From the NCBI GenBank assembly GCA_963835575.1, contig CAWIGG010000002.1:416001-480000 (forward strand): a stretch of 64,000 nucleotides of DNA, read 5' to 3'. A program made the translations under genes and the position numbers. This document shows, one piece after another, positions 60,058 to 64,000 of this stretch (positions within the stretch are counted from its first letter, which is position 1; every line of letters starts with the position of its first letter). The notes below the pieces were generated by a model. It was given only the letters and a program-made list of their open reading frames with translations, was not told where the DNA came from and made no database searches. The stretch is from an uncultured Spirochaetota bacterium. GTDB lineage: Bacteria > Spirochaetota > Brevinematia > Brevinematales > JAOACQ01.

Positions 60058-60839
60058 TACCTCAAAAACCCGGTCAACGGCGAGCTGGCGGAAGCCGTTT
60101 TCTGTTCTTCCCTTAATTTTAAAAGATAGGCGGTCCTGCCGGCCTGGACGGCAAGGGAAAAAGCCCTGCTTATGGCAGCCGGGTCTTCCGATGTGGCTAT
60201 CGCCGTATTGACCAGGACTGCGTCCGCGCCCAATTCCATTGCTTCGGCAGCATGGGAAGGCCTGCCGATACCGGCGTCGACAACAACTGGCAGCTTTGAA
60301 TTTTCAATGATCATCTCGATAAAATCCCGCGCCTTTAAGCCCCTGTTTGAACCGATCGGCGAGCCCAACGGCATTACTGCGGCGGCCCCGGCGTCATAAA
60401 GCTTTCTGCAGGTGACCAGGTCCGGCTGGATATACGGCATAACGATAAAGCCTTCTTTTGCCAGGATTTCCGTAGCTTTGACCGTTTCCTCGTTATCCGG
60501 CATCAGGTATTTCATTTCATGGATCACTTCAATTTTAATAAAATTGCCGCAGCCCATTTCCCTGGCCAGCCGCGCGATCCGGACGGCTTCGCCGGCGTTC
60601 CGGGCGCCTGAAGTGTTCGGCATAAGCGTGACATTTTTCGGGATGTAGGACAGGATATTCTCATCGCCGGCCTTGCTGTCCACCCGCCTGAGGGCCACGG
60701 TAATTAATTCCGAAGAACTGGCTTTCAATATTTCGGGAATAAGCCGCGGGGAAGATAATTTCCCGGTGCCGATAAAGAGCCTGCTGGTGAATACTTTGTC
60801 CCCGATTTTTAAAACGTCAGTTTTATTTTCTTTATTCAA
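60057..60839 (-). CDS. thiG: Thiazole synthase
   Basis: [45 protein letters not shown]. Confidence 0.96.
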   Translation of the reverse strand: MNKENKTDVLKIGDKVFTSRLFIGTGKLSSPRLIPEILKASSSELITVALRRVDSKAGDENILSYIPKNVTLMPNTSGARNAGEAVRIARLAREMGCGNFIKIEVIHEMKYLMPDNEETVKATEILAKEGFIVMPYIQPDLVTCRKLYDAGAAAVMPLGSPIGSNRGLKARDFIEMIIENSKLPVVVDAGIGRPSHAAEAMELGADAVLVNTAIATSEDPAAISRAFSLAVQAGRTAYLLKLREEQKTASASSPLTGFLR

Positions 60840-60861
60840 GACTCAAACCTCCAATAGAGAT

Positions 60862-60894
60862 AAAAAAAGCACACCCCCGGTACGGAAGGTGTGC
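60862..60894 (-). terminator. Riboswitch expression-platform terminator
   Basis: Minus strand gcacacc...ggtgtgc-ttttttt. Confidence 0.8.
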
Positions 60895-60913
60895 GTCAGC
60901 AATAAATGCGTCC

Positions 60914-61036
60914 GCTTCCCTCCGCCGGTATTATCCGGATCAGGTTACAGGGTTGGAATACAGTCCTCTCAGCCCCTCACCAGTTTGTCAGGCTTCACCA
61001 GAGAAGCAAACAAACTGGTGAGGGACACCCCTAGCT
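60914..61036 (-). ncRNA. TPP riboswitch
   Basis: ctaggggtgtcc...gggCTGAGAgg...accctgtaaCCTGATCcggATAATaccggcggAGGGAAgc upstream of thiG. Confidence 0.95.
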
Positions 61037-61239
61037 TTTAATAATAATACTACTGAGGTCTTTAATTGTCAATTTTATAAAGGTTTCCTTTTCCTTGACG
61101 AAATGAAGAAATTCAATTTAAAATAGAGGGTAGGGGATTAATGAAATAATATCTGGTATTGGGATAAAAAAAAGCTTTTCAATCAATTTTATCTTTCCGT
61201 TTGTCAGGGGATTAAAACGGACTGATATAAAGGAAGTTT

Positions 61240-62847
61240 ATGCAGCTTTTATCAAATCTTTATTTTGCGGCGTTTATTATTTATCTTTTTTTTGGGCATT
61301 ACAGCCTCGTCTATTCCCGGCAGTCCGCGGGGAAATTAAGACTCTTTATTTCATTTCTGATTTTGTGTTTCAATATGGCCCTCTGGTCGCTTGTTTATGC
61401 ATTTCTTGTTGCGGCGCCGGATGAAGCCACATGTCTTTTGTATTTTAAAATATCACTGCCTTTTTTGTCGTTCTTTCCATATTTGTTTTTGATCTTTTTC
61501 TATAATTTGACTAAAGGGAAAAACAGCGGTCAGAAATTTGTTTTATCCGGAAAGAATAAATTTATTTTAATGGCCGTCCTGGCTGTCCCGCCGCTGTATT
61601 TTATAATAAAAGGACTGACAGGGGATTTGATGGTAAAAGGTTTTCAAATGACTTCCGCAGGCTGGCAGGCCGTCCATGCCACCAATTCTTTAATTTATAA
61701 TCTCTTTAACGTTTATTATATGGGTTATCTTTTATTCTGCATCGGTTTAAACATCAGATGGCTGATAAAAGCTGAAAATAAAAGAGAAAAAAAACAGGCG
61801 CAGATTATTCTGGCCGCGTCTATCATAACCATGCTGATAAATGTTTCACTGGAAACATTTATGCCGCTGTTAAACATTATGCATATTCCTAAAATCGCCC
61901 AGATCGCTACTTTAATATGGATATTCGGAATCGGTTACGCCATTCATAATTATCAGCTGATGATGTTCTCTCCCGCATTGGCTGCCGAGGAAATATTGTC
62001 CAAGATGGTCAATATACTGTTTCTTGTTGATCCGCAGGGGATCATAGTCAATGTGAATCAGCATGCTGAAAGCCTGCTCGGTTATGTCAGAACCGAATTA
62101 TTAAACAAGCCTGTTCACTCATTTTTTAAAGAGGGAACAAATTTGAGTAATGAGCTGGAAAAGATGAAGAAAAAAGTTTCTCCCGATTATTTCGGGGATT
62201 TTCATCTGGCAACTAAAAATAAAGAAATCATCCCTGTCAGCATTTCCGGTTCGGCGATTATTGATAAGGCCGGGGAACTTATCGGCATTTTGATTATTGC
62301 CGAAGACAGAAGGGACACTCTGCGGCTGAAGATGGAAGTGGAAAAGAGGGAAGGAGCGGAAAAAGAACTGCAGATATTGAATAAAAAACTGGAAAGCCTT
62401 GTAAATGAAAGGACCCGGGAGCTGGAGAGTCTGAATGAAAAACTTCAGGCAGAAACAGGGGAAAGAAAAAAAATAAACGAACAGCTTTTCAACGCCTTTA
62501 CCCGCATCAACAGCATATTTGATATCTCTCCTTTTGCCATTGTCATTGCAGACACAAAAGGCAATATTGAGGACTGCAACACGCCTATGCTTATCATGGG
62601 AGGATATTCGCACAAAAATGAATTAATCGGAAAAAACGCGCTGCAGTTTATTATGGAAAAAGACAGAAAAAAGGGCGAAAAGAAAATTCAGGAGGTTTTG
62701 AAGAGCGGGGAAACAATCAGTGATAATTTCACCCTTCTGAATAAAAATGGAAAGGAATATGATGTACGGATTACGGCGCATCGTATTAATGATTATTGGG
62801 GTAAACCGTCCGGTTTTGTAGCATTTATTATTGAAACAAAGCTATAA
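61240..62847 (+). CDS. 7TM sensor with two PAS domains, no output domain
   Basis: Seven hydrophobic segments, PAS (VNVNQHAE.LLGY), coiled coil, second PAS, stop. Confidence 0.75.
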   Translation: MQLLSNLYFAAFIIYLFFGHYSLVYSRQSAGKLRLFISFLILCFNMALWSLVYAFLVAAPDEATCLLYFKISLPFLSFFPYLFLIFFYNLTKGKNSGQKFVLSGKNKFILMAVLAVPPLYFIIKGLTGDLMVKGFQMTSAGWQAVHATNSLIYNLFNVYYMGYLLFCIGLNIRWLIKAENKREKKQAQIILAASIITMLINVSLETFMPLLNIMHIPKIAQIATLIWIFGIGYAIHNYQLMMFSPALAAEEILSKMVNILFLVDPQGIIVNVNQHAESLLGYVRTELLNKPVHSFFKEGTNLSNELEKMKKKVSPDYFGDFHLATKNKEIIPVSISGSAIIDKAGELIGILIIAEDRRDTLRLKMEVEKREGAEKELQILNKKLESLVNERTRELESLNEKLQAETGERKKINEQLFNAFTRINSIFDISPFAIVIADTKGNIEDCNTPMLIMGGYSHKNELIGKNALQFIMEKDRKKGEKKIQEVLKSGETISDNFTLLNKNGKEYDVRITAHRINDYWGKPSGFVAFIIETKL

Positions 62848-62984
62848 TAATCCATATCTTTAATTTAAGATAAAATATTTGTCCTGTCGATATTTAAATA
62901 TTGATTATTAATTAAAAAAATTTTAAAATATAAATAATCTTTAATTGACTATTTCTCTTACATTATTAATATCCGGGAGGTAAA

Positions 62985-63833
62985 ATGGAAATAGCCGGAC
63001 TTAAAAACAAAAAACTCAGCCTGAAAAATGACGGGGTTCTTTCATTATTTTTTGCCGGGATCGGCAGCGCTTTCACTAAAAGGCTTTATCAGACAAACCT
63101 GCTTATTATAAAAGGCGATGATCATCTTCTTATCGATTGCGGGACTAAATTCTCCCAATCGCTCTTTGAATTAGGGCTCGGCGTTACCGATATAGAAAAT
63201 ATCCTCATCACGCATTCGCATGCCGATCATATCGGAGGCCTTGAGGAAGCGGCGCTGATGGGCAGATATTTCGCTAAAAAAAAGCCCAATATGTTCATTA
63301 CGGAAACCTATCAGCAGTGCCTCTGGGATATGTCTCTCCGAGGGGGCTGCGCTTATAATGAAGAGAAAAACGGGTCTGTTCTGGAATTCAGCGATCTATG
63401 GAATGTGGTCCGTCCTCAATCTTTAAAGAATTATCCGCGTGAGACTTATGAATTAAACGCAGGATCGATCAATATCAAGATGTTCCGTACAAAACATATA
63501 CCCGATAATTCGGAAAGCTGGGAAACTTCGGCATGGAGCTGCGGCGTTATTATTGACGACAGGGTCATGTTCACCGGCGACACCCGCTATGACGAGGACC
63601 TTATTTTATCTTTTGACAGGCTCTTTCACCTGGAAAACATCTTTCATGACTGCCAGTTTTTTACGGGAGGGGTCCACGCATCGCTGGATGAGCTCAACAG
63701 CCTTCCGCCGGATATAAAGAAGAAAACGGTCCTGACTCATTACGGCGATAATTGGGAGAAATTTGAGGAAAGGGCATTGGAGTACGGGTTTATCGGGCTG
63801 GCAAAACAGCATGTCTATTACAAATTTATCTGA
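62985..63833 (+). CDS. Metallo-beta-lactamase-fold hydrolase
   Basis: LIDCG, THSHADHIGG, FTGDT, FHDC, VHA, THY. Confidence 0.88.
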   Translation: MEIAGLKNKKLSLKNDGVLSLFFAGIGSAFTKRLYQTNLLIIKGDDHLLIDCGTKFSQSLFELGLGVTDIENILITHSHADHIGGLEEAALMGRYFAKKKPNMFITETYQQCLWDMSLRGGCAYNEEKNGSVLEFSDLWNVVRPQSLKNYPRETYELNAGSINIKMFRTKHIPDNSESWETSAWSCGVIIDDRVMFTGDTRYDEDLILSFDRLFHLENIFHDCQFFTGGVHASLDELNSLPPDIKKKTVLTHYGDNWEKFEERALEYGFIGLAKQHVYYKFI

Positions 63834-63855
63834 TGGTTCAATAATCCTTTTCTTT

Positions 63856-63903
63856 AACCACCAAGAACACCAAGGGCACAAAGATCACTAAGGACCATCA
63901 ACG
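63856..63903 (+). repeat. CAC.AAG 9-mer tandem array
   Basis: caccaagaa caccaaggg cacaaagat cactaagga; a related unit at 63978-63994. Confidence 0.65.
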
Positions 63904-64000
63904 GGTGACTTTTAGTATATTCCATTCTTTATTAATTGCTTCAAACCTTTTTTATTTCAGCATTCCTTTAATTGAAAACACAGAGAACACGAAGCCAATT

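Noticed and set aside
63856..63994. Periodic repeats as a possible CRISPR array
   Set aside because: 9-nt degenerate period, no unique spacers, no cas genes in the window.

Overview
Bacterial chromosomal segment, probably from an anaerobic spirochaete-like organism (inference from tRNA-Arg(UCG), a LacI-sensor/GGDEF fusion and a LolA-like/MMPL module). In order it holds: a partial DNA methyltransferase; two aldolases; tandem outer-membrane protein paralogues; an MFS transporter; a sugar-binding-domain diguanylate cyclase; and a xylan/xylose utilisation locus (GH43, LacI, ABC transporter, GH10, xylB, divergent xylA). Next is a complete 10.7-kb Tn3-family transposon (38-bp IRs, TTATT duplication) carrying a toxin-antitoxin pair, a tyrosine recombinase, TnpA and a TetR/LolA-like/OMP/MMPL cargo; a diverged inverted copy of that cargo lies at 51.7-57.4 kb. 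Then come an intact IS1380, tig with 8 tRNAs, a RAYT transposase with REPs, GDP-heptose genes, a GHMP kinase-GalU fusion, tlyA, an IS110 element, a TPP riboswitch with thiG, a 7TM-PAS sensor and an MBL hydrolase. Highlights: (1) the IS110 appears programmed, through its putative bridge RNA, against a dispersed CAC(A/G)GAG 9-mer repeat family; (2) a dispersed 53-bp hairpin repeat forms the P3 arm of the TPP riboswitch; (3) the Tn3 element combines a Tn21-like transposase with a tyrosine recombinase. Several single-base homopolymer frameshifts may be sequencing errors. All calls were made by eye; no searches were run.
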